A DNA stretch of 63,392 nt, filler included, from Octopus bimaculoides (GCF_001194135.2; 4 parts of 4 records of this genome joined end to end with filler, not necessarily neighbours in it); one strand, 5' to 3'; counted from the first letter of the whole stretch, positions 25,318 to 38,490 are shown. Notes: generated by a model not told the origin, from the sequence alone. Numbers and translations are program-made.

Positions 25318-27001
25318 TGAGAAGAACGTATATTGTTAGTTTGTTTTTATTTTCAGTTACAGTAGGAAACATTTTGACATAAATCTTATGGGTTATTCCA
25401 TGCTTTTTGAGAGTGCAAATTTATCATACCTATAGAAAAGCATTGATATGACTTTGAAGTACCGGACACCGACGCCATCATCTGATTACATGTGTATGTG
25501 TGTATATGTGACTGGGTGTACGTGCGTACATGCGCACGTGCGAGCGTGTCTACATGCACACGTGCGCACGCAAGCGCACAGATAATGAAAGAAACAGTAA
25601 GACGAGGGAAACGTTAAAGCTAATGTGGTCGAAATAGACAGCGTCGAGTCATTGGCGCCATGTCAGCAGCGGCAAATCGGTGGCAAGAAAATCTTTAATG
25701 GCCATGTAATTCTACTGTCAGTTATGATTTAGTTTGACGGCAGTATGAAACGACGTGACAAGTTACCCAATAATGATCGAGTTAATGAGTTTAGTAATTA
25801 AAAAAAGATTTGCGAGATTGGGAGACGAAGGATTTATGAATACCATGGAGTGCTGGATAATGGTTGTAGGAAGAAGTGGGAAGAGAAGATTTACATTAAA
25901 GTTGCTCGTCCTGTTTCAGCCAAGTCGGTTTGTTTGCCGGTTTAGGATAACGCTAAAGAGATTTTTTGTATCACTGTCTAAAGGTATTTATAATTTGAAT
26001 GCATCTCACAGATATCTTTGTTCACCTTTGTGTATCCGCCTATATATGTGCGTGTGAGTGTGTGTCCCTTGTATGCGTGTGTGCGGATGTGTGAGCGTGT
26101 AAGTTTAAGTATTTGTGAGTGCGCTTGTTCATGTACGAATACCTATGGACACGAAAAAGACATATCTTCAACTATAAAAGACGCGCACGTATACACGGAT
26201 ATATCAGGAAACGCACGCGCGTTTGTGTATTAGTGTGTTTTGTGCACGTGGAGGTGTGTTAATTGCGTGCATGTGTTAGTGCATGCGTTCAAGCAGTCTT
26301 TACTTTCAAGGGTTGATAACAATTTTGCATTAGAGCCATGAAGATAAGGATGGAGGGTTGTGCGCCCGCGTATGTGTGCGTATGTGAATGTTAGTTGATG
26401 ACAATAAAACTTCGACAGTTAGTCATCTAAGCTATGTATAACTTGTGTATTTGCTGTCCGTCTTCGACCAGATCGGCAACTACTCCAAGACTGATTGAGG
26501 AGGTGGTCGAGTTCTGGACAACCTGCGGGATGAAACAAATTTTGTTGGCGTGAACATGAAATAAGAAAGGCCAATAGCCATCCCATCATCAAATTTCATG
26601 AATACAGACTTGCGCACACAGAAGTACGCGCGCTTACAAACACCCACACATATAAGACAAAGAATCATTATGGATGAATAGATGAGAAGTGATCTGTCCA
26701 ATTGTCACAATCCGATTTCGACTTGTGTGACATCATGGGTAAGTGACATTTTGAAATATGCCTGAAATTGGACTAGCAATAACTATGTAGAAACTTGTTA
26801 GATGGACTTTTACTTGTATTTCAATGAATCAACCTTGTTTTGCTGAGTCACGCTGATTCTACTTGAGAATCATAATACAGGGTAAAAGTGTCTGGAAAAC
26901 ACGACTGACCTTCCCCCCTTTTGGTCTCTTTATCTATTTATCTATCTACCTCTCTATCTCGCTATCTATCTAAGTACCTGTCTGTCTATCTATCTATTTG
27001 T

Positions 27002-27033
<32 letters not shown>

Positions 27034-28039
27034 TTTGTCTGTGTGGTGGGCGAGTGTGTAAGAAATTGTTTGTTACAAGTTTTAAAGCTTCAAATGTCTC
27101 GACAATATGTGGATAACATTTTTCGAAGAACGGGCCGCATGAGACATGCCCTATCGTCAGGTGGGCCACGCTACTAAAGAAATTTCGTGTAATTTTTCGG
27201 CGGATTGCCACTCAGAAAGTTCCATGGGTGGCAGTTTCCCAATAAACTGGGTTAGATATTAACAATCGCGTCGCGCAAGTGTTGTAAAAACTGTGTTGCT
27301 ATATACTTTACCACAGCCAAGAGAGTCTAGCTTTAATTTTCGATTTGATTTTCTTTCATGTTTAGATGAAATGCAGTATGTAGCTTAACACTATTCAATA
27401 TTTCATTCATTTTAATGACTGTAATACGTGCTGGAAAGAATATACGTTTATAATATCTACCATTTTCAATTTACAGACGAAAAACACCATCAATGACTCT
27501 GTTGCCGGTTTGTGTTTTGTTATTTTCTCTTTAATGCGGCACCCGCTTTTCGAGTTTAAGACACTTATGTCAGTAACCTGTATCAACAAGCTTAGTTATG
27601 TAGACATATCACAAGCGTGTTGCTTTCATTAAAATATTTGTAGCACTAACAAACTACGCAGTGATGAGATCGCTGTGAGTTGATGTGGTTAGCAGTGAAT
27701 CGTACTATATTCAGTTCTATGATTAGTTTTGGGGATTTTCTTTATTTTCTTACATCATGATATTACATGTAAATCCCACGATATGTAAAAGAAATATTTT
27801 TCTTATCTTTCTCTTCGAATATTTTGTGATTACTTGTTTTATAGTATTGCATGTTCGTTCTCCTTTGGGTACGAATCTTGTGTACCAACAAGCTCAAATG
27901 TACTAGAATACACAGTATGAAGACTAAACGAACTGTTCGTAGATGGTATTATAGATAATATGACCAACGCAGTTAGATTAAAAACATAACTAGGCACATA
28001 CATATCCGATTTCAGTTACATAATTTTGCACACTATATC

Positions 28040-28114
<75 letters not shown>

Positions 28115-28923
28115 ATCTATCTATCTTTTTGTCTGTCTATCTGCCTGCATGCCTGTCTGTCTGTCTGTCTGTCTGTCTGTCTTATGTATGTATCTATCTA
28201 TCTATCTCTATGTATGTCTATCTGTCTATCTATCTCTATCTATCTATTTATATATACACATGTTTACATGCATACACACATACATACATGCATGCGTATA
28301 TATTTATACCCCACACAGACACACACATACACACATACAAACATACATACAAGCATGCATACATGCATACATACGTACATACATACACACATACATACAT
28401 ACACACACATACATACATACACGAACACACAGACAGTTTCATACACATTAAATTCTTATCAATAGTATTAGTTAAAATGCCTTTAAAATGTCAGATTACA
28501 CACTGCACTCCCTTCATTTCTCTCCCTCTTCTCATCACATGTCTTACCTCTTACCTCTACCTACCGGTCACCTCCTTCACACATCTCTCCTAGAAAAATC
28601 ATTACTGTCTATAATGGTATTTAACATTATCCCCGTGGGAAGTAACTATTGTTCAAGTTGCCCTCAACGGCGGAGGTTGATAGACATGGGAGCAGTAAAA
28701 TATTACTCTCCAAACTGCAGTGCATATGATGTCATGGTTAAGATTGCTGCTGGCAAGACGAAACATTTAACGATGTAACTTTATTGTTGACAATTCTCCG
28801 GGGTATAATTATTGGGTAATGTTGATGGCAATAGACATGACAGGTGCGGAAGGTGGTGGTAATGACAACGTCTTTGAACGTCATTCACACAAGCATGCAT
28901 ACATTTATGAATACCCGATTTTA

Positions 28924-28967
<44 letters not shown>

Positions 28968-29137
28968 TGCAGTTTGCGCGTGTATGTGCGTGCGTTTGCG
29001 CGTGTATGTACGTACGTATCAGTAACTACATCAGCTACTTTTATATTTACATAGGCCCATGGATGCTAATATGTATATGTGTGTATGTGTGTGCGTGCGT
29101 ATGCGAGTGTGTTTGTGCGCGTGTATATATGTGTGTG

Positions 29138-29172
<35 letters not shown>

Positions 29173-30161
29173 TAAAATAGATAAACATTGATGTAAATAC
29201 GCAAGCATATACACACACACACACACACACATATACGTGTGTATGTATATTTGTACGCTAATAGGCATATATACAAATATAAACATACATATAAACACTC
29301 ATATATTCCTATACAGATATTCTGTGCGTGTGTGAGAGAGAAAGAAAGAGAGAGTGGGTGTGTGTGTATATCTGTGTGTGTGAGGGAGAGAGTGTGTGTG
29401 TGTCTGTGTGTGAGTATATATATCTGCATGCTCGTGTATGTGTGTACGGCAGCATTAATGTGTGTATGTATTCATATATGTATGTATGTTTCTAGGTATG
29501 CACATATGTATATACGCGTGTGTGTACAAGATCCACTATCGGTTTTAACAATAAACATTCAGGTGTATGACAAGTTTAATTACTTGTACACTAAACTTAG
29601 ACAATAAGTGGTCGAGTATTCCGGACACACGTAACCTTTTACCTTGATGCACAGAATAAATAAGCATCAGATACTATATGTAACAAAGCCGCGCCTTGAA
29701 ATAACGTTTATATTAATTAAATCTATTACTTCTCCATATCTTATATTCCCACAGCCTCACGTAGAAGGAGAGGAGGTTGCGGTAAAAAAAATATATTCTT
29801 CCAAGTTGGCAAGTACTCGGCCAAAACACCGAATCCCCAGCTTCATAACTGCAATGCAAAATTCTTAGCTAGCTTTGAACTGCCGCAATGCACACGCTAA
29901 CGCGTGAATGCACATGTATATATGCGTACATAAGGTAAATGAATAGATGCACATACAAATATACACGCACATCTTTGTGTGCTTGCGTGAGTATATGAGA
30001 CAAAATGCGTACACTCCTGTGAATTATTTTGTCTTTGTGTACAAGAATATGTACAAATATGCGTGTGTATGTAGGTAAAGGCTTATATATGTAGATACAC
30101 ACACACACACTCATTTACACACACACACATATATATGCATATATATATATGGGTTGATCCA

Positions 30162-30221
30162 CTACTCAGGAAGAGACTATTCTAGAGTACGTTCTGTCTT
30201 GTCTTCGAAACGTCTAGATAG
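30162..30221 (+). ncRNA. Decayed minimal hammerhead-like motif
   Basis: CTACT-CAGGAAGA-GAC...GTC-TTC-GAAACGTC; core mutated, palindromic ACGT stem III. Confidence 0.35.
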
Positions 30222-30528
30222 AATAGAGACAGCTGATGAAGGGATATTCCAAGTGGCTTTCCGTTTTCCTATGTGTTCGTTCCGTTGTCTGTAGTTTATT
30301 GTTCTAACGTCCTGTACCCTGATATGCATGTATATACACATGTAGATGTAAGTATGTACATATATGTGTGTATACATGTATATATATTCTTTGTATTATT
30401 ACATTATTGAACGCACACGTCCTATTTTGCAAGTAAGTCTACTATTATTCTGACGTGACTATCTTTCTATCTATCTATCTATCTATCTATCTGTCTATCT
30501 ATCTATCTATCTTTCTATCTATTTATCT

Positions 30529-30628
30529 NNNNNNNNNNNNNNNNNNNNNNNNNNNNNNNNNNNNNNNNNNNNTTAATTAATTAANNNNNNNNNNNNNNNN
30601 NNNNNNNNNNNNNNNNNNNNNNNNNNNN
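30529..30628. other. Artificial 100-bp gap spacer (44 N + TTAATTAATTAA + 44 N)
   Basis: Identical geometry at 40600-40699 and 58223-58322. Confidence 0.95.
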
Positions 30629-30662
<34 letters not shown>

Positions 30663-30698
30663 AGAGAGACAGACAGATAGACAGACAGACAGACAGAC

Positions 30699-30749
<51 letters not shown>

Positions 30750-31522
30750 CAGGAAGAGAGAATGAGATTTGGGAAAAATTTGATTAAAGGATTTCAGGAA
30801 ATAGGGCTTAGTATTACAATAGAAAACTAATTATATCACCGTTAGTTTTCTAGACACAACGTTGAGACTGCATAGTGATAGTTTCAGACCATAACACAAA
30901 GAAAGTAATGTACATACCAAGGCAATCGAAACACTCACTTTGTATCGTAACGAATTTGGTTGACAACGTTAGTAAATGGGTAGTCTTGGAATCGTCTGAT
31001 GAAAATGCTTTTATGGCAGTATTTGCGTATTATAGTAAGGCGCTAAGAAATTAGATACGTAAAAAAGTCTAAGAATGAACAGCGTAAGTATAGGAATAGG
31101 AAAAGGAACATTTTACTGCATTTCACCTAAAAGTAAGAATTAGTATAGCTAGATTCCTTAATTTGGTATATTACCATTTTCCGTAAGAGCATAAGTATAA
31201 TAAGATATTGAATAGGAACTGAGTTAAGGTTAGTTATTAAGCTTGTTATAATTATGGGTATTATATCAGATATTATAATGCTACAAATCTGAATGAAAAT
31301 TCAGGTAAACAGTCAGCCAACAACGATCATGTGACTTGAGAAATCGTGAGAAATACCTATCAGATATTAGTTGATTGGCAAAAACATACAGCACCAAAGA
31401 CGAAACAAAAAGAAAGATCAGAGATGAACATATGAACCTAAAATATGTGTCATCACGAAGATAAGTCATCACGAGAATTTGGTAAACGCAAACTTAAAAG
31501 AAGTCCGTCGTATGTATGTATG

Positions 31523-31572
<50 letters not shown>

Positions 31573-31661
31573 AGAAGAAGAAGAAGAAGAAGAAGAAGAA
31601 GAAGAAGAAGAAGAAGAAGAAGAAGAAGAAGAAGAAGAAGAAGAAGAAGAAGAAGAAGAAG

Positions 31662-31692
<31 letters not shown>

Positions 31693-32826
31693 GACAACAA
31701 AAGAATGAGACCTCGATATTAGGTAAACAGAGGATTATTTATATATGTATATGTATAATTTTGGACAAACAGTAAGTTGTCATTATAGTACACGGAGTTT
31801 CGAATGTCGGAGCGAAGAGCTACGATTCATTCTCGTCGGTTATAAATGGCAATAGACGCTATGAAAAACCGCTGAATAAAAGGGAAGTCACTCTAAGAGG
31901 TAGAAAAAAACAAAGAAGATAAACGATAAAAAATACACGCAACCATATTGTCACAATACATAGACATAAAACCTCCTGTGTTAATAACATCTACATACAT
32001 ACACAAACATGCATATGTATATGCACATACACACTCAAACATATATGTGCATGTACGTACTCATACATACACTCATATCCACACACACACGCACACATTT
32101 ATATATATATATGTGTGTATATATGCACGCAACTTCATCCTCATATACATATAGGTGTCTACATGCATTCATATATATATTTAGACATTTAGACATATAA
32201 ATATACGTATATATATACAGGCATACATTCACACTCCTGCATATACGTATATACATATATTTATATATGTACNNNNNNNNNNNNNNNNNNNNNNNNNNNN
32301 NNNNNNNNNNNNNNNNNNNNNNNNNNNNNNNNNNNNNNNNNNNNNNNNNNNNNNNNNNNNNNNNNNNNNNNNNNNNNNNNNNNNNNNNNNNNNNNNNNNN
32401 NNNNNNNNNNNNNNNNNNNNNNNNNNNNNNNNNNNNNNNNNNNNNNNNNNNNNNNNNNNNNNNNNNNNNNNNNNNNNNNNNNNNNNNNNNNNNNNNNNNN
32501 NNNNNNNNNNNNNNNNNNNNNNNNNNNNNNNNNNNNNNNNNNNNNNNNNNNNNNNNNNNNNNNNNNNNNNNNNNNNNNNNNNNNNNNNNNNNNNNNNNNN
32601 NNNNNNNNNNNNNNNNNNNNNNNNNNNNNNNNNNNNNNNNNNNNNNNNNNNNNNNNNNNNNNNNNNNNNNNNNNNNNNNNNNNNNNNNNNNNNNNNNNNN
32701 NNNNNNNNNNNNNNNNNNNNNNNNNNNNNNNNNNNNNNNNNNNNNNNNNNNNNNNNNNNNNNNNNNNNNNNNNNNNNNNNNNNNNNNNNNNNNNNNNNNN
32801 NNNNNNNNNNNNNNNNNNNNNNNNTG

Positions 32827-32866
<40 letters not shown>

Positions 32867-33200
32867 TGTTTATAGAACGCGTTTATCGTTGTAAACATTG
32901 GCAAAAACATACCTTTAGTTCTTATAAGTGATTTCTACCATTCTACAAAATTTGACCTTTGACTGTCTTCTTATATTTCACTTCCACTAAATATATCTAC
33001 TTCCATTCCTTTAAGCTTTATTCTAATTCACCTTTTGCTCTATATCTCTCCATTATTAGTTTTCTGCTAATTTCTTTCTTTCTCTTTGACGTTATATCTA
33101 CCTAAGGTTTTTTTTTAAAACTTGATAGCGTTCCCTTCATCATTATACGCAGTCATCACATTCTGTTAAAATGCCTTATTTATGTGTTTGGTTTCTTTCT

Positions 33201-33287
33201 TTCCCTGATGAGAAGGTTACATTGTTTTACACCATATTATTCCTTCTGGAATAATACCAATGTTGTCTTCGAAACATACGTCGGAAG
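33201..33287 (+). ncRNA. Type I hammerhead ribozyme motif, intact core
   Basis: Stem I TTCC/GGAA, CTGATGA 33205-33211, stem II GAAG/CTTC with extensions, GAAA 33271-33274, stem III AC/GT, GTC triplet ending at 33282. Confidence 0.8.
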
Positions 33288-34006
33288 TAAAAGAATTTGA
33301 ATAACACCTGCGTTTAACTCTATTTATTTATCTATATATATAAATATATATNNNNNNNNNNNNNNNNNNNNNNNNNNNNNNNNNNNNNNNNNNNNNNNNN
33401 NNNNNNNNNNNNNNNNNNNNNNNNNNNNNNNNNNNNNNNNNNNNNNNNNNNNNNNNNNNNNNNNNNNNNNNNNNNNNNNNNNNNNNNNNNNNNNNNNNNN
33501 NNNNNNNNNNNNNNNNNNNNNNNNNNNNNNNNNNNNNNNNNNNNNNNNNNNNNNNNNNNNNNNNNNNNNNNNNNNNNNNNNNNNNNNNNNNNNNNNNNNN
33601 NNNNNNNNNNNNNNNNNNNNNNNNNNNNNNNNNNNNNNNNNNNNNNNNNNNNNNNNNNNNNNNNNNNNNNNNNNNNNNNNNNNNNNNNNNNNNNNNNNNN
33701 NNNNNNNNNNNNNNNNNNNNNNNNNNNNNNNNNNNNNNNNNNNNNNNNNNNNNNNNNNNNNNNNNNNNNNNNNNNNNNNNNNNNNNNNNNNNNNNNNNNN
33801 NNNNNNNNNNNNNNNNNNNNNNNNNNNNNNNNNNNNNNNNNNNNNNNNNNNNNNNNNNNNNNNNNNNNNNNNNNNNNNNNNNNNNNNNNNNNNNNNNNNN
33901 NNNNNNNNNNNNNNNNNNNNNNNNNNNNNNNNNNNNNNNNNNNNNNNNNNATATATATATATATATATATATAAAGACATGTAACCTATTATATATTTTC
34001 ACGAGT

Positions 34007-34300
34007 CACTCCATCGGTTACGATGACGAGAGTTCCAGTTGATCCGACCAACGGAATAGCCTGCTCGTGAAATTGACGTGCAAGGGGCTAAGCATTATAC
34101 AGACACACGTATCTTTCACGTAGTTCTCAGGAAGATTCGTAGTTCTCAGGGAGATTCGATATGGCAACTCATTTTTGCCAGCTGAGTGGAGCAATGTGAA
34201 ATGAAGCATCTTGCCCAAGGACAGAACGCACTGCCGGGAATCGAATTCACGCTCATAAGATCGTGAGTCGAATACCCTAACCACTAAATCATGCGCCTTC
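34007..34300 (-). mobile_element. tRNA-derived SINE family D
   Basis: Head GAAGGCGCATGATTTAGTGGTTAGGGTATTCGACTCACGATC...AATTCGATTCCCGG, CORE-like TGTCCTTGGGCAAGA, internal 20-bp tandem duplication near 34120-34158. Confidence 0.8.
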
Positions 34301-35200
34301 ACAAGTGTATTATATGTATTGATTATTTGAATAACAATACAATTTTCCGACGATATTTCTCAGATTGAACTCGCATGTATAACATTTGAGTAATTTGGAA
34401 TATTCCTAGAAGAACAAGAAATAAAATGAAAAACGTCAGCTTGAAACACTTTTGCACTTGACGGCCGCGCTACTTTTAAAAACTATAAAAGTCAAGGCAT
34501 TGTAAAAATGTTCATATTATATTTCGAAATATATTCAAACTACAGATAATTCTATAGGAAGCAGGCTCGTATTACTAGTTGAATAATCGAAAATATGGAA
34601 AACGGAGCCTTTTATTTACAATGAATTAAAGAATATTCAACATTCATGCTGAATATTCTGTAAGTCCACAGAAATTTATGTGTTTGCATAATAAAATCTT
34701 TGAACATACGTTAAAAAAAATCATTCATTTGTCTTTCAATATGCCGATATCTATTACCTTACTGTCTATTATAAATTACACGTTTATGTACATTCCTATC
34801 GTCTTAGATTTCGCTGTGAGTGGGTTTATACATGTGTATGCTTGTGTGTGGTTTCACATGCATGCGTGTTTATATGCATATGCATGAAAGTATATGTGTA
34901 TATGTGTGTGTATAATGTATATATATATATATATGTGTAAATATATGTGTATATATTTATATATATACATACTTATACGTATATATACATACATACATGT
35001 ATGTGTATACGTAAGTATATTAATTAATAAACGCTTACCAAGGTAAGCATTGAAATATGTATGTGTGTTTTTGTGTCTGTGTGTGTTTGCGTGTGTCTAT
35101 GTGTATGTCTGTGNNNNNNNNNNTATGTGTGTTTTTGTGTCTGTGTGTGTTTGCGTGTGTCTATGTGTATGTCTGTGTGTAAATACACACACACACATAT

Positions 35201-35376
35201 GCAAAATTTAGGATGGTTCAAATATGTTTGTGACATATTTCAGCTGCTAAAAGGCAAAGACACTGCAGTTAACGTGGAGAAAATATTTTCTCCACGGTAA
35301 CTCAGTAACTGCAGTGTCTTTGCCTTTTAGCAGCTGAAATATGTCACAAACATATTTGAACTAGCCTAAATTCTGC
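35201..35376. repeat. 176-bp near-perfect palindrome (foldback)
   Basis: 35216-35271 is the exact reverse complement of 35306-35361; central CGTGGAGAAAAT|ATTTTCTCCACG with no loop. Confidence 0.95.
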
Positions 35377-35446
35377 TTATTCCTAAACATTGATGGCGCT
35401 AACATTTCGTTATATATATAGATATAGATATAGATATATATATGTC

Positions 35447-35527
35447 GGCTCCGATGAAGCCATATGGTGTTATTCAGGCACTCAACTATGAGTCCACTTC
35501 ATCTTATAGCAGAAACAACTGTAAGCT
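35447..35527 (+). ncRNA. Decayed type I hammerhead-like motif
   Basis: GGCT-CCGATGA-A-GCCATA...TATAGC-A-GAAAC-AACT-GTA-AGCT; U4C change and a 10.1/11.1 mismatch. Confidence 0.45.
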
Positions 35528-36360
35528 AATGAAGTCCAAAAGATAATCATTTATACCTTTGTTATTTCATTTTCTTATTACCGCTCTACACTCGTCAAAC
35601 ATTTTTTTTTTCTTAAATATACGTTTATTGAGTTTTACACCAGGTTATTAGTCTCGCAATGCCTAAGCTAAATATTAAAACATACATGCATATATATATA
35701 TATATATATATANNNNNNNNNNNNNNNNNNNNNNNNNNNNNNNNNNNNNNNNNNNNNNNNNNNNNNNNNNNNNNNNNNNNNNNNNNNNNNNNNNNNNNNN
35801 NNNNNNNNNNNNNNNNNNNNNNNNNNNNNNNNNNNNNNNNNNNNNNNNNNNNNNNNNNNNNNNNNNNNNNNNNNNNNNNNNNNNNNNNNNNNNNNNNNNN
35901 NNNNNNNNNNNNNNNNNNNNNNNNNNNNNNNNNNNNNNNNNNNNNNNNNNNNNNNNNNNNNNNNNNNNNNNNNNNNNNNNNNNNNNNNNNNNNNNNNNNN
36001 NNNNNNNNNNNNNNNNNNNNNNNNNNNNNNNNNNNNNNNNNNNNNNNNNNNNNNNNNNNNNNNNNNNNNNNNNNNNNNNNNNNNNNNNNNNNNNNNNNNN
36101 NNNNNNNNNNNNNNNNNNNNNNNNNNNNNNNNNNNNNNNNNNNNNNNNNNNNNNNNNNNNNNNNNNNNNNNNNNNNNNNNNNNNNNNNNNNNNNNNNNNN
36201 NNNNNNNNNNNNNNNNNNNNNNNNNNNNNNNNNNNNNNNNNNNNNNNNNNNNNNNNNTTGAAGAGATCTACTTCTGGTACATTTTTTCTGAGCCTGGAAC
36301 TTATTCTATCAGTCTCTTTTGCTGAACTGCTACATTATGGGGATACTCTCTCTTTACTCT

Positions 36361-36760
36361 TTACTCTCTTACTTGTTTCAGTCATTTGACTGCAGCCATG
36401 CTGGAGCACTGCCTTTAGTCGAGCAAATCTACCCAGGACTTATTCTTTGTAAATCTAGTACTTATTCTATTGGTCTTTTTTGCCAAACTGCTAAGTTACA
36501 GGGACGTAAACACACCAGCATCGGTTGTCAAGCAATGTTGGGGGAGATACAGACACACAAACACACACACACACGCACAGACATATATACATATACACGA
36601 CGGGCTTCTTTCAGTTTCCGTCTACCAAATCCATTCACAAGGCTTTGGTTGGCCCGAGACTATAGTAGAAGACACTTGTCTAAGGTGCCATTCAGTGGGA
36701 CTGAACCTAGAACCATGTGGTTGGTAAGCAAGCTACTTACCACTCAGCCACTCCTGCCCC
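36361..36760 (-). mobile_element. SINE family A, full length
   Basis: Collinear with 2298-2949 and 17539-17920; a partial extra fragment lies at 36275-36345. Confidence 0.92.
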
Positions 36761-37219
36761 TATGTGAACAAACCAACAGAGATTGTCAAGCAGTGAAGTT
36801 GGAGACGAACACAGATTCAAATACACACACACAGGCATGCACACACACGCATAGGTTTCCACATTAAATACTTACCATATTATATATTTACCTAGTTTGT
36901 TCACTGGATCAATAACAAACTGTTGACTGGTTTTTGTTTCAACCTCATATCGGACTATAGCTGCAGGATTGTTTATACCATAGTAAATCTGATTNNNNNN
37001 NNNNNNNNNNNNNNNNNNNNNNNNNNNNNNNNNNNNNNNNNNNNNNNNNNNNNNNNNNNNNNNNNNNNNNNNNNNNNNNNNNNNNNNNNNNNNNACACAC
37101 ACACACATATAATTTGTAATAACGAAGTCAAACCAAATAACAATATTTTGAAAGCATTTATTACGTACAATTCAAAATATATTTCAGTTAGTACATTTCA
37201 CAATATTTTGAAATGTATT

Positions 37220-37465
37220 AATTGAAGAAGTTCTCACGTAAGAAGATGTGTTTCCTATTATATTTCGTTTTTGTATTTGGTTTGCAGGATTCTTTATGTG
37301 AATTCGGGTGTTGAAGCATATTTTGTTGTATCTGGGGAGAGTCATTTTGTTTTAACGCCTTATTAATAAACACATTCATTGGTTCAATTTCTACTCATTT
37401 ACTTATTTATTTAATTTATTTTTTTCTAAAATTTTCTTTGCTTCTTGCAACCTCTTCAATAGTTG
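37220..37465 (-). repeat. Dispersed repeat, possibly Penelope pLTR-like; second partial copy at 38945-39090
   Basis: ATATTTCGTTTTTGTATTT...TTGAAGCA...GGTTCAATTTC shared between the two copies; hammerhead-like motif at one end. Confidence 0.55.
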
Positions 37466-37584
37466 TTGAATCTTGTTGACTTCCTATTATATATTACGCC
37501 AGATCTGAAACGGACGCATAAAATGCTTTTAAAGTATTAATATTTGGATTGACTTCATTGTTGCAAATTACTTAACTTTTTACC

Positions 37585-38490
37585 CGGTGTGCTAACGATT
37601 CTGCCATCTCGCGGCATTAACAATCCTTTCTACTATAGGCAGAAGACCTGAAATTTGTAGGGAGAGGACTATTGTAGGGAGAGGACTAGTCGATTGTTGG
37701 ACTGGTACCCCGAAAGGATGAAATGGCAAAGCTGACCTCGGCGTACTTTGAATTCAGAACGTAAAAACAGATGAAATGTCGCTAAGCATTTTGCTCAGCT
37801 TCCTAATGATTCTGCCAACTTACCGCCTTTTTTACGACTAGTAATAATTCTTTCTACTGGAAGCACAAGGCCTCAAATTTTTGGGGAAGGGATTAATTAA
37901 GTCGATTACATCGATCCTAGCGTGTAACTGGTACTTATTTTAACTAAAATGTAAAGTCGACCTGGGCGGGATTTGAACTCAGACTCGCTAAGCATTTCGT
38001 CCAGCTTGCTAGCGATTCTGTCAGCTTGCCATCTTCTTTACAACTAGTTATAATGACGTATGTTAGAAATATTATTATTACAATTTGACGTAAATGTCAG
38101 ATAATTTCCTTCAACGATTCTGATAATTAGGTCTGTTAGGTTAAAGTCCAAACTTATTGTTGTTTATTTTAGTTTTTTAATTTCTTAATTGTGAAGAGCA
38201 TATTGTAAGTGAGACGGTTCGAATATCGCAAGCAGCCAGGAAAATTATAAGAGATACGTATGTATACCTCTCCGAATAATAATGATTTCGAATTTTGGCA
38301 CAAGGCCGGCAATTTCAGGGGAGGATATAAGTCGATTACATTGACCCCAGTGCTCAACTGGTACTTATTTTATCAACCCCGAAAGGAGAAAAGGCAAAGT
38401 TGACCTCGGCGGAATTTGAACGCAAAATGTACAGAGGGACGGAATGACACAAAGCATTTTGCCCGATTCTGTAACGATTCTGCCACCTCT
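37585..38490 (-). mobile_element. Tandem cluster of SINE family B copies (37622-37830, 37848-38035, 38280-38490, plus a head fragment at 37585)
   Basis: Repeated CCCCGAAAGGA, GACCTCGGCGG..TTTGAAC and GATTCTGCCA motifs, all in the same orientation. Confidence 0.85.

Noticed and set aside
25560-25990. CpG-richer unique stretch with TAAT motifs as a cis-regulatory element
   Set aside because: Short motifs are uninformative without conservation or chromatin data.
27110-27165. Minus-strand CTGACGA...GAAA hammerhead candidate
   Set aside because: No stem II closure next to the core and no stem I pairing.
28726-28778. GACGAAACAT...ATGTA hammerhead-like 3' half
   Set aside because: The CUGANGA box and stem I are missing.
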